The position numbers and the translations under genes are program-made. This document shows, piece by piece, positions 56,080 through 64,000 of a stretch of DNA of 64,000 nucleotides. The notes below the pieces were generated by a model. It saw nothing but the letters and a program-made list of their open reading frames with translations, did no database searches and was not told the DNA's origin. The DNA comes from an uncultured Prevotellaceae bacterium (lineage in GTDB: Bacteria; Bacteroidota; Bacteroidia; Bacteroidales; Bacteroidaceae): contig CACYPF010000007.1 of the NCBI GenBank assembly GCA_902776195.1, forward strand, positions 9,568 to 73,567. The letters are read 5' to 3'. Each line of letters begins with the position of its first letter. Position 1 is the first letter of the stretch.

Positions 56080-57981
56080 TTAATTCCTATTGTGTAGTAA
56101 TTCTTCCACACGGTGATTGATTTCCTCAGCGAGTTTCTTGTTGCGGGCGCTGAGGTTAGGAATGGCATTGAGATTGCCCACGAGAGAGGGCAGCTGCTGT
56201 TCCCATAGCTCACCGCTGTTGACGACCTCCAGTTCTGTTGTCAGCATCTCGTTGACTTCCTGCTCAGAGATGTCGTATTTCCATTTCTTCGCTTCGTCGA
56301 CACTGACCTTCACACCACCGTTGTTTCCCTCACAGCTTACTGGGATGATGGTCACCTCAGGATGCTGTTTCTGTAACCACTCAATCTTGCCCTTGCTGTC
56401 CTCGAACGACTGCATCAGATAATCGATGGTGCAGAAACGGTTGCTGTTCTTTCCTCGGTTGATGGAGTTCTTGAAGCAAGTTAGGATATCGTTGTAAACC
56501 ACGACGACAGTAATCTTGTTAAGTCCTTTCGCCTTGGCACGCTGGATGACATTATTCAAACGGTCGGTACCACCTGAGAGTGCCGCGTCATAGACCAGTC
56601 CCTCGTTCTTGAGGTTCAACTTGCGTGCTACCGTACTCTTACCACTGGCAGGAGCGCCGGTGATGATGGTCATGGTGTTCTTGCCGGCACGTGCCGCACG
56701 GTCGAGCATGACCGTATACAACTCATCAACGACAGACTTCTCTGCCTCGCGATAGTCAGTCACGTTACCACCATAATAGCCGATAGGCTGGAAGACGGTG
56801 CGGAACTCATCGGGGTCGAGCTTGTTACCTGCCGTAGCGAGGTATTTGTCGATGAGCAGCTGTGTACGAGGCTTTGCCCATTCCGTAGCATCATGCTTGA
56901 GCAGGGTAGGCTGGGGAGCCTCGATGGAGTAGCGGGAAGGATATTTGTTGATACGGTTATGGCGACGGATGTCCATTAACTTCTCCATGAAGTAATAACT
57001 GTCGCCAGGCATCTGATAGCGGGCATTACCGTTGGGATCCGGTTTGAAGAGCATCTCCGACATCTCCCCCTTGTCGACGAAGGTCACCCAGCCACGGGGA
57101 GAGAGATGATACTCATTATCACCCAGTACGGCATTCACCAGGCAGTTGGTGTCCCACATACGCTGACCAGTATCACAGGTATAGTTGGTGTATACTGACT
57201 TGATGGGATTCCAGTCCGTGTAGGAGAGGTCTACCAATACGTCCTGTGGCAGGTAGTTCATCTTGTCACCGATGTTACTGGGCGACATGATGAGGTCGAC
57301 CTTCTCCGGGAACTTGCTGTAGAAGATTGCCGACTGCTTGGAGGCGGCACGCATGTTATAGCCACTCAAACTGTCACCAGCCTCGAAACGACCAGACTGG
57401 ATATAGACAGCCTTCACCTTCTGCTTAAAGAGCTCGAGACCGCTGAGACCTGAGTATTCGTCACCTCCCGACTCAAAAAGCTGGGAGAGGGTAGTGGCAA
57501 AACCGATGGCTACCACCACGATAGAATTATCCTCCGCCTTGCTGAGCAGTTTACGATAGAGCTTATAGCCGTCAGGCAGTTTCTTAGTGTCCAAGGTACG
57601 CTTGAAGAGGGGATTGCCCTGTGCGTCCTTCAGGTCACAGATACCATTATATGGAATGAAGCAACGCGGGTTCTTCACACCGTTGCGCTCCAGTCCTACA
57701 GGAATGTCGGGGTGGCCGTAATAGTTATTGAAGATATCCACGATACCCGCGTTCTTCTCGCCTTCGCGATCGACGATGATACCCTTCAGGTCTACCAGTC
57801 CGTCGTCGATATAATGATGCAGCATCATCAGTGCGAAGAGGTCGTCGGTAGAACTGCCGAAGTCAGAGTCCAGAATCATCTGGATAGGCTGGTGCTTCTG
57901 CCTTTGGTTGTCGGCATTCTGTGCCTGCGTGCCCAGATAGGCACACAAGCACAGTATAATAAATAAGGTGAAACGTCTCAT
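56080..57981 (-). CDS. Secreted nucleoside-hydrolase (IU-NH) domain fused to a zeta-toxin-like P-loop kinase domain
   Basis: Signal peptide; ILDSDFGSSTDD, AIGFATTL and RMWD (NH fold); LDPDEFR and GAPASGKS (56635-56658) in the C-terminal part. Confidence 0.8.
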   Translation of the reverse strand: MRRFTLFIILCLCAYLGTQAQNADNQRQKHQPIQMILDSDFGSSTDDLFALMMLHHYIDDGLVDLKGIIVDREGEKNAGIVDIFNNYYGHPDIPVGLERNGVKNPRCFIPYNGICDLKDAQGNPLFKRTLDTKKLPDGYKLYRKLLSKAEDNSIVVVAIGFATTLSQLFESGGDEYSGLSGLELFKQKVKAVYIQSGRFEAGDSLSGYNMRAASKQSAIFYSKFPEKVDLIMSPSNIGDKMNYLPQDVLVDLSYTDWNPIKSVYTNYTCDTGQRMWDTNCLVNAVLGDNEYHLSPRGWVTFVDKGEMSEMLFKPDPNGNARYQMPGDSYYFMEKLMDIRRHNRINKYPSRYSIEAPQPTLLKHDATEWAKPRTQLLIDKYLATAGNKLDPDEFRTVFQPIGYYGGNVTDYREAEKSVVDELYTVMLDRAARAGKNTMTIITGAPASGKSTVARKLNLKNEGLVYDAALSGGTDRLNNVIQRAKAKGLNKITVVVVYNDILTCFKNSINRGKNSNRFCTIDYLMQSFEDSKGKIEWLQKQHPEVTIIPVSCEGNNGGVKVSVDEAKKWKYDISEQEVNEMLTTELEVVNSGELWEQQLPSLVGNLNAIPNLSARNKKLAEEINHRVEELLHNRN

Positions 57982-59441
57982 TATGCGTCGATATTATCGG
58001 TTGGTGTTGTTGGTGCAGCAGGCTCAGCAGGAGCTACAGGAGCAGGCTGTGGAGCTTTCTTTGCAGTAGCATTGGCAGCCAGTTCCTTCAACTTGTCTTT
58101 GCCTTTGAATGCGAATACCCATACCAGGAATCCGGCAATAGCGAGCAGGATGATAGCCAAAACGGGGCGATAGAACAGCCAAGCCAGAGCTATCACGATG
58201 AGCGACCAAACCACACCGAGGATGGTGCAAACAATACCAACGCCGAAACCGAAGATGTTGGCAATGAAGGGAACCACCTTGAGCAGTGTCTCCAAGAAGC
58301 CGAAGATGTTCTTGAAAGCAGAGATAACGAGCAGAATACCTACGATACGCAGAATCCATGTCCACATGGAGTTGGCATCCTGTGCGTCCTCGATAATCTC
58401 GTCGCCCGTCTTCTGACCCATCACGAGGGTTTCGAAACGCTTTCCGTTCTTAGCCTTGAAGGGCTTGAAGGTGTCGCCATTCACAACAGCCATCACGGTT
58501 ACCTTGGCAGGAACAATCTTCTCGAAGGTTACGCGAACATCACCCACCTGTGGCGAGCCTGGCACCTTACCATAATATAATATGTTACCAGCCTGGTGAA
58601 CATATTGCAGGTCAACCTTGTTCTGCGCGTTGGCAATAGCATTGTTGATAGAGTCCTGAGCAGCCTTCTGAGCGTCTATGACAGCCTTGGCAGAGTCAGA
58701 AAGTGACGCATATACAGAGTCAGGAACAGCTGGTGCTGCAGGCTGTGGGGTGGCCTGTGGCTGGGTAGTCTTAGGCTGCACACCATAGAAACGCTCGTAA
58801 GCAGTCTGGGTAGCCTGGTCGAACTGCTTCAGCAACTGCTCGTTGATGGCAAGGTCGAAGCCCTCGCTTGAAGAGATGCTGTGGATGAGGCTCTCGTTCA
58901 GTTTGTAAGCACCGAAGCTGACGTTCTCGGCATACTGCTCAGCGTCCTCAACGGTTGTCAGCACGAAGTTCTTGTTCTGGTATGCAGGATCCTTGAACTG
59001 ACTCGATTGAACGGGGCTGCTGACCCACTGCTGTGAGTAGGTGTAGGTGGTGGTAGTCACTTTCTTACCGCCCAGTTTATCCTCGCTCTTGCTCTCTGAA
59101 TGCTCTACCCACTGGTAGTACTCCACTTTACGTTTCAGGGCGATGATACCCTTCTGACCGACGCCATACTGAGCGTCCGATAGTGAGTCTTCGGTAGTAG
59201 CCTGAGCCGTACCGCAAATCAGTTCGCCTTCCAGCGAAGCGTCTTTCTTGCCGGGGTTAGGCATCTCTACGTAAGAGCTTCCTGCCTCCTCCAGCATCTT
59301 TGCCGTTTTCACTGCACGTCCCTCGTTCCACCACAGCAGGGCGGTGGCTGCTACGAGCAAGACGAAACCTGTACCAATACTCTTAAACGAGTTTCCTACG
59401 CGGGTGCCATACCCTGTAGTTGTTGTCTCTGTGTAAGCCAT
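57981..59441 (-). CDS. TMEM43 (DUF1625)-family membrane protein
   Basis: LLWWNEGRAVKT, LKRKVEYYQWVE and PQVGDVRVTF motifs; one N-terminal and three to four C-terminal TMs. Confidence 0.85.
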   Translation of the reverse strand: MAYTETTTTGYGTRVGNSFKSIGTGFVLLVAATALLWWNEGRAVKTAKMLEEAGSSYVEMPNPGKKDASLEGELICGTAQATTEDSLSDAQYGVGQKGIIALKRKVEYYQWVEHSESKSEDKLGGKKVTTTTYTYSQQWVSSPVQSSQFKDPAYQNKNFVLTTVEDAEQYAENVSFGAYKLNESLIHSISSSEGFDLAINEQLLKQFDQATQTAYERFYGVQPKTTQPQATPQPAAPAVPDSVYASLSDSAKAVIDAQKAAQDSINNAIANAQNKVDLQYVHQAGNILYYGKVPGSPQVGDVRVTFEKIVPAKVTVMAVVNGDTFKPFKAKNGKRFETLVMGQKTGDEIIEDAQDANSMWTWILRIVGILLVISAFKNIFGFLETLLKVVPFIANIFGFGVGIVCTILGVVWSLIVIALAWLFYRPVLAIILLAIAGFLVWVFAFKGKDKLKELAANATAKKAPQPAPVAPAEPAAPTTPTDNIDA

Positions 59442-59494
59442 AATACTTTCTCTTTTTAATAGATTAATGTTTATTGTTTAATAATTAAAGTTGA

Positions 59495-60154
59495 TTACAT
59501 CGTTGGGGCACCCTCCGTGGGCTCGTTGTCCTTGACGTGGATGTTGTGTTCACTCGCATATTTCTCCATCATGCCAATGTAACCCTCTGTACCGAAGACT
59601 TCCGGCTCCAGGAAGTTGTTGACACGCCATTGACCGTTCTCCATCCAGAGGTCGAGGGTTATGGCACCTTTCTCATCTTCGTCGTTTGTCTTGAATTTCA
59701 CTTGGGCACGTGCCATATTACCCGTCAGCAACTCGGCTGTGATTTTCTCGATGGTGAGCGGAGCACTGAGGTCTGTCAACCAGCGGTAACCCTCCTCATC
59801 GCCAAAGAACCGCATGTCGCCCTTGGCGTTCTTGTCATATTCTGCAATGGCATGGGCAAGGGCGATATAATACCCTGTGCAGAAATTCTCATCCATCATT
59901 TTGAGGTTGATGCGTTTCTCACGGTGCATCAAGTTCAGCATGTCATACATCTTTTTGACATCCGCTTTCACGGCATCCTCCGTCCATAGGTCATCAGGAG
60001 CAGCCTCTACACCGTCAGCCTGTGCGGCAAGTGAGTCGGTGGCAGTTACTTCCTTATTCAGTGAGTCGGTGTCCGACTCATTTGCCTTGGATTTATTACC
60101 ACAGGCAACAGCCAGTATCGCTACTGCAAAAAAGAGTACATACTTCATGCTCAT
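59495..60154 (-). CDS. Hypothetical lipoprotein (DUF3828-like fold possible)
   Basis: Lipobox LAVAC; C-terminal LWMENGQWRVNNF; -7 element at 60217-60224; start 60154 or 60148. Confidence 0.7.
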   Translation of the reverse strand: MSMKYVLFFAVAILAVACGNKSKANESDTDSLNKEVTATDSLAAQADGVEAAPDDLWTEDAVKADVKKMYDMLNLMHREKRINLKMMDENFCTGYYIALAHAIAEYDKNAKGDMRFFGDEEGYRWLTDLSAPLTIEKITAELLTGNMARAQVKFKTNDEDEKGAITLDLWMENGQWRVNNFLEPEVFGTEGYIGMMEKYASEHNIHVKDNEPTEGAPTM

Positions 60155-60300
60155 ATTGTCTCTCAAAATCATAATTCTTTCTATTTTAAATCTTTAACGT
60201 TATAGGTTTGATGCTGCAAAGATACGAATTTATTACATATCTTAGTTGTTTTTTTCTAACAAATTGTTGTTAAAATCTTCCAAATAGCCTGTTTATAAGG

Positions 60301-60328
60301 AAAAAGGCCCCGTATGGCGGAGCCTTTT
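60301..60328 (-). terminator. Intrinsic terminator after the HEAT-repeat lipoprotein gene
   Basis: Minus strand AAAAGGCTCCG-CCATA-CGGGGCCTTTTT. Confidence 0.75.
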
Positions 60329-60346
60329 CGTTCATTTCAGTCATGC

Positions 60347-61558
60347 TTATTTGAGAACCTTCTCAATATTACTCAGCATCTGCGACTGATACTTGTCGTT
60401 GTTGTTTGCCTGAATGATACTCTTTACCTTCTCTACGTCAGCTTTGGTTCCGTATTTGGCGATGATCTCAACAGCAGGTCCGCGTCCCAGCCAGTTGGCG
60501 TTGGGGTCAGTGGCAATGTCTGTCATCAGTTTCACCCATTCATTTTCCTTGAAATAAGTAGCCTTTGCTTTCCATGCAGGGTAGTCTTTCTCAGCTCTTG
60601 TCTTAGTCTCGGTAATCGACGTCCAATACGGGATGTTGTTCGTGCGGGGCTTCTTCTTCAGATAATTGACGGTAGCATCGTATGCTGCTTTGCTGGTGTG
60701 CTTATGGAAAGGATAGTCATACCACATGGTATAGAGACTCCTGATGGCTTCTCCATGCATTTTGGGCTGACTGTCGTCGTTCAGTACCTTTACTAAGTCA
60801 GGAATGAATGAATCGTCGTATAGCTTTCCAACGCAATGGAGCATCATCCCGCGAACGTCATCGTCCTTGTCGTAAAGGAGTTCCTTGGCGGCTTCTGTTA
60901 CTCCCGGTACACCCTGACTCCAGGGATTGCCAATGGCAATGGCTGCTTCTTTTCTGACCTGACTGTTCTCGTTCTTGACCTGTGCAAGTACAAACTTAGC
61001 GGCTTCCTCCTTCTTCAACTCATTCATTAAAGTCCTGATACCTTTCTTCAGCACAAAAGGATTCTTCTCGTCTTTAAGGACATTGGCAACCTTGGTGACG
61101 TTATCGGAGGAAACGCCAAACAGGGAAGTGTAGGAGAGTAACGCCATACCTTTTACCTGGGGTGACGTACTGTTAATCAGTTTCTCAATAATGGCATCCT
61201 GATTGGATGGGCGCTTGTGATCACGGAATTGTTCCTTGATAGCCTTGAATTCTGGGGTGTTTTTGAGTTCCAACGTCTTCTCATCGATATCGATTTTGGA
61301 GTATCCTAACCAAAGAGCCTCGTATTCAAGGTCTGTGAGTGGCTTGTCTTTCTCTGTCTTAATCATGCTTTGCAACCCTTCTGGGGTAAAGGGCACACTG
61401 TTCAGCAACTGCATGGCAGGACTCTCATCGGATGTTGCTGCTGCCGATTCTTCTGTCGTTGTTGCCTCACCTTCGGCATTGTTTGCCGATTTTCCTCCAC
61501 ATGCTACCAGTGCAGTGGCTGCCATTGCGATAGCGAATGAAAATAATGCTTTCTTCAT
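60347..61558 (-). CDS. Lipoprotein with HEAT-like repeats
   Basis: Lipobox LVAC; repeats such as ENSQVRKEAAIAIG and DKDDDVRGMML..VG. Confidence 0.75.
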   Translation of the reverse strand: MKKALFSFAIAMAATALVACGGKSANNAEGEATTTEESAAATSDESPAMQLLNSVPFTPEGLQSMIKTEKDKPLTDLEYEALWLGYSKIDIDEKTLELKNTPEFKAIKEQFRDHKRPSNQDAIIEKLINSTSPQVKGMALLSYTSLFGVSSDNVTKVANVLKDEKNPFVLKKGIRTLMNELKKEEAAKFVLAQVKNENSQVRKEAAIAIGNPWSQGVPGVTEAAKELLYDKDDDVRGMMLHCVGKLYDDSFIPDLVKVLNDDSQPKMHGEAIRSLYTMWYDYPFHKHTSKAAYDATVNYLKKKPRTNNIPYWTSITETKTRAEKDYPAWKAKATYFKENEWVKLMTDIATDPNANWLGRGPAVEIIAKYGTKADVEKVKSIIQANNNDKYQSQMLSNIEKVLK

Positions 61559-61607
61559 GTTTGTTTTATTTTTAATGTTAATTTTGGTTTATTCTTATAT
61601 GTATTAT

Positions 61608-62549
61608 TTATTTAGGACCTATCCCTCGAGGTTTGATTGTCGTGTCACTCATGCTGTCATAAAAGGTACTGCCTTCCTTGTCTGCCTTGTCAACAGTACC
61701 GAGGAACTCAGTAGGATGGCAGATTATACAATTGCCAAGACTGAACTCTTGGTTAAAATTGAACAGGGGAGATGTACCGTTGTCGTAAAAACGGCAATCC
61801 CAGAAGTTTACATTCGAGTTCTGACTGTCTATTAAGGTGAACTCTTTGTTGCGGAAGAAGTCACAGCGCTCGAACTTTGCATATTCTACATGCTGGAGCG
61901 TCATGATGCCATAGGTGCAGTCGTGGATGTTGGAGCCGTACATGGAGAAATCACGAGTACCATCCAACTGCAGACCATAGGTGCCACAACCATAGAGGTC
62001 GCACTTGTTGAGACTGATGCGCCACCCACCCTTTACACCTATGACACCACCTTCGCAGTGTCCACCTGTGGTATGTCCGATGGTCAGGTTCATGATGGAG
62101 ATCTGTTCACAGTTCTTGAAGTTCAGACAGAACGCATAGCGGGGCTCCACGACAATACGTGAGTTGCCTTCTCCGCGAATGATCATCTTCTTATAGTTGG
62201 CGATGGTAAGTTGTCTGCCGTCATCCACTGCCTCGCTGATGATAGCTTGGGCAGGACCTACTTCCGTATTACCTGCGGCACGCCATTTGAAATAGGCGTA
62301 ATTCTTATCCCACCATTTCTTGTTCTCAAGTATCGGGGTAAGGTTGATCTCTGTGTCCTTAGCCACCAGGATATTGATGCCCGATATGATAGAGTTAAGA
62401 AACTGTTCGGCTGTAGTGACGCGGATATATTGATCTCCATCGTACTTAATCACCGTGCCTTGTGGACTGGTCTTCTGGGCGTGCAGATTACCAATCATGC
62501 ATAGGAAAGTGAGAATCAGACAGGTTGTTCTCTTCATTGCTTTCTTCAT
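61608..62549 (-). CDS. Secreted right-handed parallel beta-helix protein
   Basis: Signal peptide; stacked Cys/Asn repeats (CDLYGCGTYG, SNIHDCTYG, CDFFRN); start 62549 or 62537; -7 element at 62619-62626. Confidence 0.72.
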   Translation of the reverse strand: MKKAMKRTTCLILTFLCMIGNLHAQKTSPQGTVIKYDGDQYIRVTTAEQFLNSIISGINILVAKDTEINLTPILENKKWWDKNYAYFKWRAAGNTEVGPAQAIISEAVDDGRQLTIANYKKMIIRGEGNSRIVVEPRYAFCLNFKNCEQISIMNLTIGHTTGGHCEGGVIGVKGGWRISLNKCDLYGCGTYGLQLDGTRDFSMYGSNIHDCTYGIMTLQHVEYAKFERCDFFRNKEFTLIDSQNSNVNFWDCRFYDNGTSPLFNFNQEFSLGNCIICHPTEFLGTVDKADKEGSTFYDSMSDTTIKPRGIGPK

Positions 62550-62688
62550 GTCCGTTTTGTTTTTAATAATGGTGTCACGTTTAGTCTTCTTCTCCACAAG
62601 AAGAAAGGTTTACGACTGCAAATATAGAAGAAAAATGACGAAATGTTGTTATCATTTCGTCAAATAGTCTTATCATTTTGTAAAATCA

Positions 62689-63156
62689 CTAACAAATATC
62701 CTTCAATAAGCCCTCGCAAGCATCCTCTAAGAGTTCGATGACGAGTTCAAAATCCCTGTCACTGCCATAGTAGGGGTCGGGAATGGTTGGATGGCTGGGA
62801 TGATGTCGGAGATAGTCCGCCATCAGACGAATCTTCAGCTCGTCTTCCTTCGAGCGTGCCTTGGCACGGATGGCACGCAGGTTCTCCTGATCCATACCGA
62901 TGATGAGGTCGAAGTGGTCGAAGTCTGCTGACGAGAACTGACGTGCTCGTGAGTTGAAGTGATAGCCATGACATGCTCCACAGCGTCGCATCCTGGGGTC
63001 GGGAAGGTCACCGATGTGCCACGGACCGATGGCAGCAGAGTCAATCATAAACTGGTCGGTGAGTCCCCGCTCGTCGACTATGTGCTGGAAAATCCCCTCT
63101 GCGGCAGGAGATCGGCAGATGTTCCCAAGGCAGATAAACAGTATCCTTTGTCTCAT
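62689..63156 (-). CDS. Low-molecular-weight protein-tyrosine phosphatase
   Basis: CLGNICRS P-loop, IDSAA and IPDPYYG motifs; -7 element at 63165-63172. Confidence 0.95.
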   Translation of the reverse strand: MRQRILFICLGNICRSPAAEGIFQHIVDERGLTDQFMIDSAAIGPWHIGDLPDPRMRRCGACHGYHFNSRARQFSSADFDHFDLIIGMDQENLRAIRAKARSKEDELKIRLMADYLRHHPSHPTIPDPYYGSDRDFELVIELLEDACEGLLKDIC

Positions 63157-63292
63157 ACCGTTGGCAAAGTTACGAAATAACGTGAGAAATACAAAAGGAA
63201 AGTTCGCTTTTCTTTATTATTTGCAGTCTTAAGTGCCTACGTAATCGACGTGAAGTGCCGCCCAAAGCAGTCGTTAGCAGCATCCTAATCAC

Positions 63293-63382
63293 CTGTCGAC
63301 TCCAGTCAACAAGTCTGTCGACTCCAGTCAACAGGTCTGTCGACTCTAAGTCAACCGACCTGCCGACTCTAAGTCAACCGGT
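63293..63382. repeat. Four tandem 22-23-bp internally palindromic units
   Basis: CTGTCGACTCCAGTCAACAAGT, CTGTCGACTCCAGTCAACAGGT, CTGTCGACTCTAAGTCAACCGAC, CTGCCGACTCTAAGTCAACCGGT. Confidence 0.88.
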
Positions 63383-63485
63383 AGTAAGAATTTATTTCAT
63401 CAGGTCAAGCGGACCACTATTCCATCGGTCGTTACGAGGAACAGGATTCATGTACTTGCTGCCTTGGTAGGTCTCATACCATTGG

Positions 63486-63529
63486 CAAAGATACGAAAAA
63501 ATGGGCAAAGAACCAAATTCTCTGCCCAT
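63486..63529 (-). terminator. Terminator immediately followed by a new -7 promoter element
   Basis: ATGGGCA...TGCCCAT stem (63501-63529) with T6 on the minus strand, then TATCTTTG at 63486-63493. Confidence 0.7.
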
Positions 63530-63576
63530 AATCTGTTCCCCTTAGGCTTAAGCCGCTTCCCATTTAACGGGAACGC

Positions 63577-63999
63577 TCACTTATAGTCAATAGGCATCGG
63601 CTTGTTGACACCAGGAGCGAGTTGCAGTTCGAACTTATTGCTGTCACGGCTGTCACGGCGAAGGAACATATCACGCATCACATAGTGTCCACGAACCTTG
63701 TAAACCAATACTACAGGCATGGAGTAACCCTTCTTCTGGGCGAGTTTCTGGGGATTCTCCTGTGCCATCCAGTCGCTCTTGATGATGAGCACGTCCACGA
63801 AATCGTTACCTGCATATTTCTTTCCAGCTTCGATGGCTTTACCCTTAGTGAAACTGTCAGCATTCACAGTCTCAGGCATGGGCTGTGGGGTCATGTTGCA
63901 GATGCGGTAGATATCGAGTGCATCCCAGAGCAGTCCCTCGTTGAGATTGTTGCCACGCAGAGGGTTCTGGGCCATAGCCAGTTTGAACTGACGTACGCA
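63577..63999 (-). CDS. 3' end of a 5'-partial hypothetical protein
   Basis: Frame stays open from the ORF-track ATG at 63975 to the window edge. Confidence 0.65.
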   Translation of the reverse strand, partial: CVRQFKLAMAQNPLRGNNLNEGLLWDALDIYRICNMTPQPMPETVNADSFTKGKAIEAGKKYAGNDFVDVLIIKSDWMAQENPQKLAQKKGYSMPVVLVYKVRGHYVMRDMFLRRDSRDSNKFELQLAPGVNKPMPIDYK

Positions 64000-64000
64000 G

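Noticed and set aside
55357-56097. 246-aa plus-strand ORF (possible antitoxin) and 53638-54084
   Set aside because: Antisense shadows of the lipoprotein genes, without promoter or recognisable features
55138-57981. Classical epsilon-zeta toxin-antitoxin module
   Set aside because: Both kinase-like proteins have export signals and the upstream gene is a 486-aa membrane protein, not a small antitoxin
63293-63382. CRISPR array
   Set aside because: Units abut with no unique spacers, are only 22-23 bp, and no cas genes are present
63397-63403. Hammerhead ribozyme core (CTGATGA on the minus strand)
   Set aside because: No stem II or GAAA core element follows

Overview
Bacteroidales chromosomal segment, most consistent with a rumen/gut Prevotella-like organism. 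This assignment is inferred from the TAnnTTTG -7 promoter elements, the tmRNA tag GENKYALAA, a T9SS-like C-terminal domain and the gene families present. Layout: (1) <1-25398 (+) is the 3' part of an AT-rich Wzx/Wzy surface-polysaccharide locus. It has two CDP-alcohol-phosphate modules (IspD/SDR/LicD; class-V PLP enzyme/TagD-Gfo fusion/TagF), an MBOAT-SGNH pair, and PglC/PglE/PglF-like genes. No intact PglD is visible in the window; a LysA-like decarboxylase and an ATP-grasp ligase are present instead. A rearranged vanZ-flanked insert encodes a flavodoxin-metallophosphoesterase-T9SS fusion and an unannotated 46-aa peptide. (2) 25449-34729 holds housekeeping genes (trpB2, Na+/solute symporter, sensor-less hybrid two-component protein, trxB, Gpx, rpmE2) and a candidate sRNA. 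(3) 34887-49480 (-) is a second Wzx/Wzy/Wzz/Wza/Wzi locus with a GH16 inserted antisense. (4) tmRNA and small housekeeping genes follow. (5) 53635-64000 (-) is a run of mostly exported proteins. It includes the most unusual observation: two tandem, signal-peptide-bearing P-loop kinases that resemble a permuted zeta-toxin fold, one fused to a nucleoside hydrolase, coupled to a TMEM43 homologue. No CRISPR array, tRNA, rRNA, integrase or transposase was recognised. All product calls come from motif recognition by eye; no database searches were run.
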